Below are positions 1 to 9,303 of a DNA stretch of 64,000 bases, in pieces. Under the pieces are notes generated by a model. The model had not been told where the DNA came from. It did not search any database and saw only the letters and a program-made list of their open reading frames with translations. Positions within the stretch are counted from its first letter, which is position 1, and every line of letters begins with the position of its first letter. The stretch lies in the NCBI GenBank assembly GCA_963747695.1, contig CAVVFV010000010.1:133618-197617 (forward strand), in the 5' to 3' direction. A program made the position numbers and the translations under genes. This stretch comes from Candidatus Falkowbacteria bacterium (GTDB taxonomy: Bacteria; Patescibacteriota; Patescibacteriia; Patescibacteriales; WJLG01).

Positions 1-3000
1 ACAAATAAACGGTGGTGTTTCCTTGCGTAGTCAGATTTCCGTACTGATCTTTCCGCGTTACCACATAAGCCGCTCGGTTTCCGGCAATAATATTTCCAGG
101 ATTGTTTAGAGAAAAAGCAGCGGTCACTCCGGCGGCAAAAACTGCCGTGGAGGCAGAAGAAACATCCAGCCCGGTCGATTGCGTGTCCGAAAGCGACAGA
201 TGGACTGTTTCAGCTACTTGATCGCTAATGCTGGTGGTGCCGACGCCATTGACGATATTAATAAGCCCTCCTCCGGTCGCCGAACCGGTGATCAGTAAAG
301 TCACATCCTGCTGATAATTTGTTACGACATTATTCAAAGCGTCCTCAGCTTTAACGGTAACGACGATCGGAGCATCAACTGTTCCGTCGGCGGGTTGAAC
401 GATCACGAATTTCGTGGCGACGGGAGCCGAACTCGTAACCGTGAAAGTCTGCGCGTTCGAAGTCCCGCCGCCCGGGACCGGATTGAAGACGGTAATTTCG
501 GCGGTAGAAGTTACGACAGTCAGATCTGAAGCCGGAATAGTTGCGGTTAACTCAGTTGAAGAGGAATAAGAAGTCGCTCGATCCGATCCGTTAAACCTGG
601 CAACTGAGGTATTAACGAAGTTGGTTCCTTTAACTGTCATAGTGAACTGCGAATCACCGACTGTTTTAAGATGCGGCGTGATGGATATTGTCGTGGGCAC
701 AGGATTGTTGACCGTGAAAATTTGAGCGTTGGAAGTATCGCCGTGAACCGGATTGAAGACTGTAATTTCGGCAGTGGTGGTCGCCGACAGCATATCCGAA
801 GCCGGAATAACGACTGTCAACTGCGTGGAAGATGAAAAAGAAGTAGCTCGATCCGCGCCATTGAAACGAACGATTGAACTATTTAGGAAATTGGTTCCCT
901 TCACCGTCATTATGAATTGCGCATCACCGACAGTTTTGGTGTCGGGGGAAATGGAGACGGTCGTGGGGGCCGTAGCATTGACCGTGAATGTTTGGGCATT
1001 GGAGGTGCCGCCGCCTGGTGCCGGGTTAAAGACGGTGATCTGGATAGTATCGGAGGCAGTGAGCATGTCCGAGGCCGGGATAGTCGCCGTGAGTTGGGTC
1101 GAGGAGGAATATGAAGTCACCCGATCCGAACCGTTGAAGCGGACGACCGAGGTATTGACGAAGTTAGTGCCCTTGATGGTCATGGTGAACTGGGCATCGC
1201 CCACTGTCTTGGTGTTAGGCGAAATCGAGACCGTGGTCGGGATCGGATTGTTGACCGTGAAGGTCTGGGCATTGGAGGTGCCGCCGCCGGGGGTGGTATT
1301 AAAAACAGTGATCGCCGCAGTCGTCGTAGCTTTGAGCATATCGGTCGCCGGGATGGTCGCCGTGAGTTGGGTCGAAGAGGCAAAGATAGTAGAGAGAGCC
1401 GAGCCATTGAATTGAGCGACCGAGGTATTCACAAAATTGGTGCCCTTGATGGTCATGGTGAACTGGGCATCGCCCACTGTCTTGGTGTTAGGCGAAATCG
1501 AGACCGTGGTCGGGATCGGATTGTTGACCGTGAAGGTCTGGGCATTGGAGGTGCCGCCGCCCGGAGCCGGATTGACCACGGTGATTTGGGCGGTGGTAGT
1601 CGCGTTAGTCATATCCGAGGCCGGGATGGTCGCGGTCAATTGAGTAGATGAGGCAAAGGTAGTGGTTCTGTTTGATCCGTTGAATTGAACTTGGGAAGTG
1701 GCGACGAAATTGGTGCCCTTGATGATCACGGTGAACTGGGCATCGCCCACTGTCTTGGTGTTAGGCGAAATCGAGACCGTGGTCGGGATCGGATTGTTGA
1801 CCGTGAAGGTCTGGGCATTGGAGGTGCCGCCGCCGGGGGTGGTATTAAAAACAGTGATCGCCGCAGTCGTCGTAGCTTTGAGCATATCGGTCGCCGGGAT
1901 GGTCGCCGTGAGTTGGGTCGAGGATGAAAATGTGGTTGTGAGATTCGAACCATTATAACGAGCGACTGAGGAAGTAACGAAGTCGGCGCCCTTGATAGTC
2001 ATCACGAATTGAGCATCCCCTACTGTTTTAGTTGCAGGTGAGATCGAGACAGTTGTCGGGACCGGATAATTCACCGTAAAACTCTGAGCGTTAGAAGTGC
2101 CGCCAAAGGGAGATGGATTGAATACCGTGATCTGATCGGTGGTAGTTGCTTTTAATAAATCTGAAGCAAGGATCGTCGCGGTCAATTGAGTAGAAGAGGA
2201 AAAAGTAGTCGTGCGACTAGACCCGTTGAATTTTACGACTGACGAAGCGATAAAATTTGTTCCTTTGACGGTAATTGTGAACTGGGCATCATAAACGTTT
2301 TTAGTCGCGGGCGAAACAGAAACAGTCGTCGGCACCGGATTACCCGCGGTAATTCCAGTCGAAAGAGTTGAGCTGGATTTGTTGCCGGCATAATCGTAAG
2401 CCCAAATGGAAAAACTGTATCTGGTCGCGAAACTCAAACCGGTTACGGTGGTCGTCACCTTACGGTTAAAATTAATATTACGCAAATTAGCATCGGAAGA
2501 TGAACCCCAAAGCAAATCAGTTTCATGAATCGGAGTGGAAGTGCCAACGCGATAATAAATCTTATACTGTCTAAACAGGGCGGCATCTTCGGTCGAGGTA
2601 GCGCCATATTTTAAAGTCATTGAAGCGGTGGTGGAAGCAGTGGGAGTTAGCGCGCCGGGAGCGGTTGGCACCGAGGTATCAACTTTAAAATTGGGGCTGG
2701 CGGCATTGAACGCCGTCCAATTTTTTGAGCAGACGCTGCTGGAATCGCAAGCAAGCGATTGCCATTTGTAGCCGGTGGTGGAAGCGGTGGAATCCGGCAG
2801 ACTGATGATCTTCACCGCTTTTTTATTGTTGGTCAGATAATATTGTTCCGGGGTCGTAGTCGTATAGAAAGTTCCCGGCGAACTCATATTATTGTACTCA
2901 GTTGAAAGCCATTTGGGTGATCGGGCAACGGAGACGATGCGGACTTCGTCGATGGCGCCGCGAAACCACTCCTTGATCGCTGTGCCGCCGAAATAAGATC

Positions 3001-4246
3001 GTCCGATCTGCGTCGGGTCGGTGTCGCCCGCGAGTGAGCCGGAAATAGCCACCGGCGTTCCTTGCGCCGCGCCGTTATAATAAAAACGCAAGTTAGCGCC
3101 GTCATAAGTTGAAGCGACATAGTTGTATGAGCCGGAGACGATGCCGGTCGTACCGGTCAAGCCGTATTGCGTGCCGCCAACGTCAATTTCCGTGCGCAGG
3201 TGTTGCGGAGTTGAGGCGTCATAGGTCAAGTTGTAAATACTGTACGGAGCCGCCGCAGTGGGAGTGGTTTTGGCCACGATCTTGGCATTTGCCACTTGCG
3301 TCGGTTTGGGACTGATCCAGGCCGACAAGGTCATATTGGTAAGAGCGGTCAGGTTGCCGAGATTGATACCGGTGGTCGCTCCATCAAAACTTCTTGCGCC
3401 GTTGGCACCGCCGAATTTGCTGGTGGTCGCCGTCGTACCGACATTCGTTCCATTGAAAGAACCGACTGAATCCTTAAAATTACTATTGTTCAAGTGATAA
3501 ACCGAGATATAGCTATTGGTCCAAACGCCGCGGGCGCCGAAAGTCGTGGAAGAAGCCGGCTGCGAAGCGGTCGATGAACCGTAATATAAATAGAAGACGG
3601 GGTTAGACGAAGAAGAGATGGCGTCAGCGCGGAAATAAACTTCACCGGTTTTGGAGGAGGTAGAGATCGAAACGATCTCGACCGGCATTCTGGTGCCGGA
3701 GGAATTAGTGATCAAAATATCGCCGCCGTCGCTATTCCTCTTGGTATGAGTCCAGAAATTATTAGTCGAACCCAATCGATTCATTTCCAGATAGATCGGA
3801 AAATTTGTTAGAGACCCCCCGACCCTGGCCGCCTGGACCGTGATCGGCTGGCGATATTTATAACTTTTATCAAACCACCCGGTCGTGGTCGTGGCATTGG
3901 CCCAAATGCCGCTGCCGCAGGAAGAAAAAGTCGTACCGGTTTTGCAGAAAGAAGCCGGCGCGGTGGTGGCGGTAGTGAAAGAAGAAGGACTGGTGATCAA
4001 TTGGTAATAAACCAAGAACGGATCGGTTGCGTCGGAGGAAGTTGCCTGGAGATTGACCGTGCCATTGGTTACCCAAGCGCCGTTAGTGATGGCGGTCGAA
4101 GTGCTCGGTCCATATTGTTGCAGAGACGACGGATTAGCCGGCGCGGCCTGAGTGAAAAAATAACTAAAAATAAAGATGACTAAAACCATAACCAGCCCGG
4201 CGCCCATAAACCACCAATGGCTATTTTTTAATAATTTCTCCGGCAT
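1..4246 (-). CDS. Giant cell-surface protein (over 1415 aa), 5' complete, 3' end lies beyond the window start. Order: N-terminal membrane anchor, DUF2341-like region, LamG/concanavalin-like lectin domain, FN3-like domain, 7 tandem IPT/TIG-like Ig repeats, Big-like domain(s)
   Basis: Absent from the ORF track because it has no in-window stop. My translation of the minus strand is open from ATG at 4246 (MPEKLLKNSHWWFMGAGLVMVLVIFIF) to position 1. Motifs read: KYRQPITV..FPIYLEM..DGGDI; SVYHLN..FDG..LSAWI..YDGANLRFYYNG..IDEVRIVSVARSPKWL; VDTSVPTAPG..WAYDYAGN; repeated PTTVSISPNTKTVGDAQFTMTIKGTNF..SSTQLTATIPASD..GGGTSNAQTFTV. Domain names are assigned from memory of family consensus. Confidence 0.85.
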   Translation of the reverse strand, partial: MPEKLLKNSHWWFMGAGLVMVLVIFIFSYFFTQAAPANPSSLQQYGPSTSTAITNGAWVTNGTVNLQATSSDATDPFLVYYQLITSPSSFTTATTAPASFCKTGTTFSSCGSGIWANATTTTGWFDKSYKYRQPITVQAARVGGSLTNFPIYLEMNRLGSTNNFWTHTKRNSDGGDILITNSSGTRMPVEIVSISTSSKTGEVYFRADAISSSSNPVFYLYYGSSTASQPASSTTFGARGVWTNSYISVYHLNNSNFKDSVGSFNGTNVGTTATTSKFGGANGARSFDGATTGINLGNLTALTNMTLSAWISPKPTQVANAKIVAKTTPTAAAPYSIYNLTYDASTPQHLRTEIDVGGTQYGLTGTTGIVSGSYNYVASTYDGANLRFYYNGAAQGTPVAISGSLAGDTDPTQIGRSYFGGTAIKEWFRGAIDEVRIVSVARSPKWLSTEYNNMSSPGTFYTTTTPEQYYLTNNKKAVKIISLPDSTASTTGYKWQSLACDSSSVCSKNWTAFNAASPNFKVDTSVPTAPGALTPTASTTASMTLKYGATSTEDAALFRQYKIYYRVGTSTPIHETDLLWGSSSDANLRNINFNRKVTTTVTGLSFATRYSFSIWAYDYAGNKSSSTLSTGITAGNPVPTTVSVSPATKNVYDAQFTITVKGTNFIASSVVKFNGSSRTTTFSSSTQLTATILASDLLKATTTDQITVFNPSPFGGTSNAQSFTVNYPVPTTVSISPATKTVGDAQFVMTIKGADFVTSSVARYNGSNLTTTFSSSTQLTATIPATDMLKATTTAAITVFNTTPGGGTSNAQTFTVNNPIPTTVSISPNTKTVGDAQFTVIIKGTNFVATSQVQFNGSNRTTTFASSTQLTATIPASDMTNATTTAQITVVNPAPGGGTSNAQTFTVNNPIPTTVSISPNTKTVGDAQFTMTIKGTNFVNTSVAQFNGSALSTIFASSTQLTATIPATDMLKATTTAAITVFNTTPGGGTSNAQTFTVNNPIPTTVSISPNTKTVGDAQFTMTIKGTNFVNTSVVRFNGSDRVTSYSSSTQLTATIPASDMLTASDTIQITVFNPAPGGGTSNAQTFTVNATAPTTVSISPDTKTVGDAQFIMTVKGTNFLNSSIVRFNGADRATSFSSSTQLTVVIPASDMLSATTTAEITVFNPVHGDTSNAQIFTVNNPVPTTISITPHLKTVGDSQFTMTVKGTNFVNTSVARFNGSDRATSYSSSTELTATIPASDLTVVTSTAEITVFNPVPGGGTSNAQTFTVTSSAPVATKFVIVQPADGTVDAPIVVTVKAEDALNNVVTNYQQDVTLLITGSATGGGLINIVNGVGTTSISDQVAETVHLSLSDTQSTGLDVSSASTAVFAAGVTAAFSLNNPGNIIAGNRAAYVVTRKDQYGNLTTQGNTTVYL
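438..2345 (-). repeat. Seven tandem ~273-nt (91-aa) intragenic repeats encoding IPT/TIG-like domains; several units are near-identical at DNA level
   Basis: The period is set by identical shadow ORFs at 1180-1407 and 1726-1953 (offset 546 = 2x273). A ~115-nt core is identical in the three units starting near 1165, 1438 and 1711. Confidence 0.85.
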
Positions 4247-4380
4247 ATTTTTATGGATATTTTTATAATTACTAGTATTTACTTGATTTCTAGTCCGAGA
4301 AAATGAATGGTATCAACCGCGGGGCAAGCCCTGCACGCTTATTTCTAAAGGGTGTCCCCGCCGCAAACGGACGGGGTATT

Positions 4381-4450
4381 TTATCATCGCTCGCTCGGAA
4401 ATAATCCCTGCGAGGCGCGGGATTATTTCGCTCGCTTCGCTTGATAATAA
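4381..4450. repeat. Imperfect palindromic element with central hairpin CGAAATAATCCCTGCG-AG-GCGCGGGATTATTTCG
   Basis: Inverted symmetry read directly. The core CGAGGCGCGGG also occurs at 55262-55272. Confidence 0.6.
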
Positions 4451-4909
4451 AAAAACCGCGAAATAATTTCAGCGGTCGGCAAACTTTGCTAAATTTTCGA
4501 TGAATCGGCCAAGAACCGGGGTCAAAGCGCTTGCCTCATTCCCCGCCATAGATAATCCGGCACTGGAAAATAATTTTTTATCAGTGACGGAATAAAAAAA
4601 TATTTTTTGAGTGGTTTCCCCTCCCCCTTTTTTCCCCCGCATTGGCTTGAAGATTATATAATTCTAAAAGATTATCTCCGAACTAAACTCCGGAAAAAAT
4701 CATCTCAAAATGATCTCTTCTTGTCCTGATTATTATACCATAAGCCGAAAAAAGCGTTAAGAGCTATTGAACAGTGAGTTTATCCAGATAATCCGGCCTT
4801 ATTTTTAGAAAGAACGAAAAATTTGACGGCGGAGAGATTATTTTGATAAACTGTTTTTTATCAAGTAACCAGTACCTTTTCACCTGCTTATATTAAGGAG
4901 GGTCGGACG

Positions 4910-5479
4910 ATGAGAAACATTGCCATTATTGTCGGATCAAAATCAGATTTGAAGCAATCCGATGCGGGATTGCATTGGATCAAACAGAATCCGGGACTGG
5001 TCAACCTGATGCAAATCGATGTTTCCAGCCAGCACCGCAATCCGCGCCATACGCGGAAAATCCTGCGTGATCTGGCCGGACAGAATTTCTGGTATAATCT
5101 GTTCCATCCGTTCCGACGGAAAATCCAGCCCGACGCGATCATCATCGGCGCCGGCTGGGCCAACCAGCTCACCTGCTGCAGCGATGCCTATCTGCGTAAC
5201 GAGCTGCATAACGACAAGATAGTCGTGATTGGTGCGGCTTTCGAAGACACCAATCCTGAAACCGATCCGGAAGTCAGGCGCAAACATAACCAAGCCGCAG
5301 TCTTGAGCATCACCGAAGTGCCGGGCAGAAAAGTCGTCTATGATGATTTCTTCGGTGCCGAAGGATTCTTCCGCGCCTGTCAATTCGCCGCGCTGGGAGA
5401 ACTGCCGAAAATAGTTTTGAAAGACCCGCCCGAACCCTTATCGCTCACTCTCAACCAAGCTCTCACACTGGCCGCCTAG
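4910..5479 (+). CDS. Divergent AIR carboxylase (PurE)-family protein
   Basis: SD AAGGAGGG lies upstream. IAIIVGSKSDL, SSQHRNP and IIIGAGWANQL parallel the PurE motifs GSKSD, SAHRTP and GAGGAAHL. It sits next to purC and purB. It ends in TAG followed by a terminator. Confidence 0.55.
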   Translation: MRNIAIIVGSKSDLKQSDAGLHWIKQNPGLVNLMQIDVSSQHRNPRHTRKILRDLAGQNFWYNLFHPFRRKIQPDAIIIGAGWANQLTCCSDAYLRNELHNDKIVVIGAAFEDTNPETDPEVRRKHNQAAVLSITEVPGRKVVYDDFFGAEGFFRACQFAALGELPKIVLKDPPEPLSLTLNQALTLAA

Positions 5480-5499
5480 CATTCATCGCCGAAAAAAAA

Positions 5500-5530
5500 T
5501 GGGCCCGAAACAGTTGTTTCGGGCCTTTTT
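5500..5530. terminator. Bidirectional intrinsic terminator between the convergent purE-like gene and purC
   Basis: GGGCCCGAAAC-AGTT-GTTTCGGGCC, flanked by an A-run and a T-run. Confidence 0.7.
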
Positions 5531-5550
5531 AAATTGATGGACTATTCCGC

Positions 5551-6522
5551 TCAGTTCTTGACGGCGTAAGGGGCGAGATTCGAGACCATCCGCAGACCGA
5601 TCGGCGCCGGATCAATGACGAACTCTTTGCCGGTGATCATTTCGTAAAGCTGGATATACCGCTCGGAAAGCTGGACAACCAGGTCGTCCGGGGCTTTGGG
5701 AAGCTCTTTGTCTTTGTACGGATCGCAATGGGCTTTGAACCAGAGGCGGAGGAATTCCTTATCGATATTCTCCGGCTCTTTCCCTTCAGCCAGCAGCTGC
5801 AGGTAAGTTTTCTGGATCCAGAAACGGGACGAATCAGGCGTATGGACTTCGTCAATCAGAAGAATACTGCCTTCGGCGTCCATCCCCAGTTCATATTTGG
5901 TGTCGACCAGGATCAGGCCGTGCAAACCGGCAATCAGCTGTCCGCGAGCGAACAGTCTCAAAACGATATTGGCGAGTTTGTCCCAGGTCGGCCGGTCCAT
6001 GATCCCGCGCTTGACTATTTCATCCGGCGAAATCGCTTCATCATGTTCGTCCGATTTGGTAGTCGGGGTGATGATGTTGAAGGGGAATTTCTGATTCTTC
6101 TTCATTCCCTCCGGCAACCGATTGCCGCACATTTCCCGGCCGCCTTTTTCATAAAGCGTCCAGGATGAAGTGCTGGTCGAGCCAGTAAGGTAGCCGCGCA
6201 CCACGAACTCAATCGGGATCGGCGTGCATTTTTTGACGACCATCACGTTGGGGTCGGGCAGGTCGAGCAGATGATTGCCGACGATGTCCTTGGTCTTGTC
6301 GAACCAGAAACCGCTGACTTGATTGAGCACTTGCCCCTTGAAAGGCACGTTGGCCAACAGGCGGTCGAAAGCGCTCTGGCGGTCGGTCGTCACCATGACG
6401 AGCTTATCGCCCAGATCGAAACTGTCGCGCACCTTGCCTTTTTTCAGATTGGGCAGCTTGAGAAAGCTGGAATCGACCAGACAATTGTCCAGGTTCCGCT
6501 GAATCGTTTCTCTCGTAACCAT
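5551..6522 (-). CDS. purC: Phosphoribosylaminoimidazole-succinocarboxamide (SAICAR) synthase
   Basis: GKVRDSFD..VTTDRQSAFDR..VVRGYLTGS..LILVDTKYELG..IDEVHTPDSSRFW. I moved the start to ATG at 6522 (MVTRET), which is preceded by AAGGAGGAG; the track start at 6588 has no SD. Confidence 0.9.
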   Translation of the reverse strand: MVTRETIQRNLDNCLVDSSFLKLPNLKKGKVRDSFDLGDKLVMVTTDRQSAFDRLLANVPFKGQVLNQVSGFWFDKTKDIVGNHLLDLPDPNVMVVKKCTPIPIEFVVRGYLTGSTSTSSWTLYEKGGREMCGNRLPEGMKKNQKFPFNIITPTTKSDEHDEAISPDEIVKRGIMDRPTWDKLANIVLRLFARGQLIAGLHGLILVDTKYELGMDAEGSILLIDEVHTPDSSRFWIQKTYLQLLAEGKEPENIDKEFLRLWFKAHCDPYKDKELPKAPDDLVVQLSERYIQLYEMITGKEFVIDPAPIGLRMVSNLAPYAVKN

Positions 6523-6663
6523 GAAACTCCTCCTTGGAAATGGGTTAGGAATTGATGAAAATTGATAATGAATATTGATCGTTTTCAAAGGTACAGCAAT
6601 TCAAATTATCATAATCATTTGCCGCTGTCAAGCCGAATTCTAACCGCAATTTGCCGGCTCAAA

Positions 6664-6692
6664 TTGACTTATCGCGGTTATTCTGATAAATT
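6664..6692 (+). promoter_or_regulatory. Sigma-70-like promoter for purB (TTGACT-17-TAAATT)
   Basis: Hexamers and spacer read directly. The position argues for the 6753 start codon. Confidence 0.5.
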
Positions 6693-6752
6693 AAAAAGTT
6701 CTTGGAATGGAATGCAATTTTAAAAAATAACCTCAAGAGAAAGGGGCAAACT

Positions 6753-8189
6753 ATGCCTGAACGCAATTTGATTCTACCCGGTACGCTTCGCTATCAGCCG
6801 AAGGAACAAAAAGAATTTTTCGGCTATGATAATTTGTATTGGGGCTTGGCCAAAGTCGAAGTTGCCACCATGGAAGTTCTAAATGAGATCGGCGTTATCC
6901 CGCAAGCGGAATTCGAAACGCTGACTCCGGAACTCATCGAAATGCTGGAAAAAATCCCGACCACGCAAGTGGATATCGAAGAACGTCAGATAACCCATCA
7001 CGATGTCCGTGCCTGGGTTCATCTCGCCCAGCAATTGATGCAGGAAAAATTACGCCGCTGGGTGCATGTCCCGCTCACCAGCTACGACCCTCTGGATACC
7101 GGCCGCATCTGGCAATTCCGGGAATCTTATTTCAAGGGACTGAGGCCGACCCTTAAGGAATTGATCGGACTCTATATCCGAATGATCAGAAAATTCGCCG
7201 GTCAATTGCAGATCGGTCGAACTCACGGACAGCACGCTTTGCCAATCACCATCGGCTTCTGGCTGGCGACGATCCTCAATCGCATTCTGACCAACTTTTT
7301 CTGGATGGAGCAGCATGCGCAATCATTGACCGGAAAACTTTCCGGCGCGGTCGGAGCTTATAATGCCCAGGTCGGCCTGGGTTTCGAAAATCTTTGCGGC
7401 ACCGAGACTTTTGAACGCCGCGTTCTGGCCAAACTGGGCCTGAAAGAAGCGCGAATCAGTACGCAAATACTCCAGCCTGAACCGCTCGGTTATTATCTTT
7501 TTTCCGCCACGATGCTTTCCGCCTCGCTGGGCCAATTCGGCCGCGACTGCCGGCAATTGATGAGAACGGAAATAGGCGAAATTTCCGAATCATTTGAAGA
7601 GGGTCAAGTCGGATCATCGACCATGGCTCAAAAACGAAATCCCATTTGGTCCGAAAACACTGAAGGAATGTGGTTACGGACCAAAAATGAATTCGGCAAA
7701 GTTCTGGATACCCTCATCTCCGAACATCAGCGCGATCTGGTTGGCAGCTGCGTTGCCCGCGATTATCCGCTCATTGTCATCAACCTGCAACAGCAGATTG
7801 ATACTTTATGCAAAAAAGATAAAAGCGGACTTCCCTTCCTTTCCCGAATCAGCGTCAACGCCGATAATTGCCAGCGCAATTTTGAGATGAGCGCCAATGT
7901 AATTCTGGCTGAGCCGATGTATATCGCCTTGCAAATGGCAGGATATCCCGGCGATGCCCATGAATTGGTGAACAGAAAAGTAGTGCCTCTCGCGCAAAAG
8001 AAGCAAACTTCATTATTGGTTGCCTTAACCGAATTGTCGATTAACGACGAGGTTATTAGAGAAACCAAAATGAAAATTCCCGATGAAATTCTCGAGCTGC
8101 TTGGTTCGCCGGAAAATTACACCGGCAAATCAAAAGAGAAAGCGTTGCAAATTGCCTCTTATGCCGAAGGTCTGATCGACTCACTTTAA
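6753..8189 (+). CDS. purB: Adenylosuccinate lyase
   Basis: Fumarate-lyase signature GSSTMAQKRNP. The ORF is 6702-8189; I prefer ATG 6753 (MPERNL), which follows GAGAAAGGGG and lies downstream of the predicted promoter. Confidence 0.9.
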   Translation: MPERNLILPGTLRYQPKEQKEFFGYDNLYWGLAKVEVATMEVLNEIGVIPQAEFETLTPELIEMLEKIPTTQVDIEERQITHHDVRAWVHLAQQLMQEKLRRWVHVPLTSYDPLDTGRIWQFRESYFKGLRPTLKELIGLYIRMIRKFAGQLQIGRTHGQHALPITIGFWLATILNRILTNFFWMEQHAQSLTGKLSGAVGAYNAQVGLGFENLCGTETFERRVLAKLGLKEARISTQILQPEPLGYYLFSATMLSASLGQFGRDCRQLMRTEIGEISESFEEGQVGSSTMAQKRNPIWSENTEGMWLRTKNEFGKVLDTLISEHQRDLVGSCVARDYPLIVINLQQQIDTLCKKDKSGLPFLSRISVNADNCQRNFEMSANVILAEPMYIALQMAGYPGDAHELVNRKVVPLAQKKQTSLLVALTELSINDEVIRETKMKIPDEILELLGSPENYTGKSKEKALQIASYAEGLIDSL

Positions 8190-8193
8190 AAAA

Positions 8194-8230
8194 CTCCCGC
8201 TCCGGTCATTATGACGGAGCGGGATTTTTA
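8194..8230 (+). terminator. Intrinsic terminator after purB
   Basis: CCCGCTCCGGTCAT-T-ATGACGGAGCGGG followed by a T-run. Confidence 0.7.
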
Positions 8231-8278
8231 TTGCTCAAAGTTCCGCAAAGGTTTAATCCAAACAATTTTTCGATAACA

Positions 8279-8307
8279 TTGACAAAATAGTAAATAGATG
8301 ATATACT
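8279..8307 (+). promoter_or_regulatory. Near-consensus sigma-70 promoter (TTGACA-17-TATACT)
   Basis: Read directly; lies 56 nt upstream of ATG 8363. Confidence 0.6.
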
Positions 8308-8362
8308 GAATTTTCTTGTTCATTGCTAAAAAACCATCAACCATTACCCAAGGAGGGTCTTA

Positions 8363-8851
8363 ATGGAAATGACAATAACCGCGGCGGTAAACCGCACCAA
8401 GATGATAACAATCGTGTTTCCCTGGGCGATTTGCCGCAGCTTGATCGCCGGTATTATCACTGTGCTGGCCTGGGTCAAAAGGATAGGGATGATAATCGCC
8501 TTTCCGCTTGCCTGTCTGTTCATCGTCGCTTTTGTCGGCTGGATAATTTTTTCCGATACTTCCGCGCCCAATTTTTATCCCGGCGCCGGAAATGCAATTG
8601 CGGCAACGGCTGCGAGCGCGAGCGGTCAGGATGACGGAGGATTCTGGGGAATTTTTCAGGCCATCGGCGAGCTGGACCAACTCTGGGCCAAGGCCAATCA
8701 AATGGAACGAGCTTACGCCGAAACCGGGTTTAATTTTAATCCGCCTTTTATGGGCTGGCTCAATCGGGACCGGGAAAATTTCCGTCAAGAAGGCAACGCC
8801 GTCATCTATGATGATGGGCAAAACAAGGCGATAATTTTTTTATCGCAATAA
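8363..8851 (+). CDS. Hypothetical membrane protein (two N-terminal TM segments)
   Basis: SD AAGGAGGG lies upstream. Hydrophobic N-terminal half. Has its own promoter and terminator. Confidence 0.6.
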   Translation: MEMTITAAVNRTKMITIVFPWAICRSLIAGIITVLAWVKRIGMIIAFPLACLFIVAFVGWIIFSDTSAPNFYPGAGNAIAATAASASGQDDGGFWGIFQAIGELDQLWAKANQMERAYAETGFNFNPPFMGWLNRDRENFRQEGNAVIYDDGQNKAIIFLSQ

Positions 8852-8885
8852 ATTTCAAATTTGTCGGCCGCGCGCCGATAAATAA

Positions 8886-8921
8886 ATCCCGCGCCGGACA
8901 TTTACGGAGCGGGATTTTTTT
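8886..8921 (+). terminator. Intrinsic terminator
   Basis: ATCCCGC..GCGGGAT stem followed by T7. Confidence 0.65.
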
Positions 8922-8965
8922 ATATAAAAAAAGTTCCTCGAAGCGATCGCGGAACTTTTAACGGC

Positions 8966-9211
8966 TTATTCCAGAGTGGGGCTGCTGCCCGAAGATAAGA
9001 TTAAATGGACGAGCTGACCGCCGTTCTTCCTTAGTTGGCGGTTAATCCGCTTCTTTTCGGCGCGGTTAAGCCTGACCAATTCCGCAGCGCTCTCCTTTTG
9101 CGAACGCAACGGATATGCCCGGCCCAAAATGCCAGGCTGCTCGGGTAAATTGTTTGAGGGCGAAGCTCCGGCTCTATTCTTCCAGGGCAATAGTTTTGAT
9201 CCCATCGTCAT
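8966..9211 (-). CDS. Small basic hypothetical protein (81 aa)
   Basis: SD GAGGGGAG lies 6 nt upstream of the ATG. No family recognised. Confidence 0.45.
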   Translation of the reverse strand: MTMGSKLLPWKNRAGASPSNNLPEQPGILGRAYPLRSQKESAAELVRLNRAEKKRINRQLRKNGGQLVHLILSSGSSPTLE

Positions 9212-9303
9212 AAAACTCCCCTCTTGATAAGTTTATCGATTTTTCCCTAAAAAAAGTACGAATTCGACTTAAAATCATAACAAAGAAAATAAAAACAATC
9301 AAC

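Noticed and set aside
753-1958. Plus-strand ORFs of 65-220 aa, several with identical sequences
   Set aside because: They are antisense shadows of the 273-nt repeats in the giant minus-strand surface-protein gene. They lack start contexts and merely repeat with the DNA repeat.
4470-4550. 26-codon minus-strand mini-ORF (MAGNEASALTPVLGRFIENLAKFADR) followed by a hairpin and T-run
   Set aside because: It has no Shine-Dalgarno sequence, is very short, and lies in a repeat-rich spacer. The evidence for a gene is insufficient.
4640-4909. Purine or ZTP riboswitch upstream of the purE-like gene
   Set aside because: I could not find the conserved purine-riboswitch junction nucleotides or the ZTP pfl-motif (GGGUCGUGAC..CCGGGC..CCGCCUGGGCA). 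Only a weak AT hairpin is present. A covariance-model scan would be needed to be certain.
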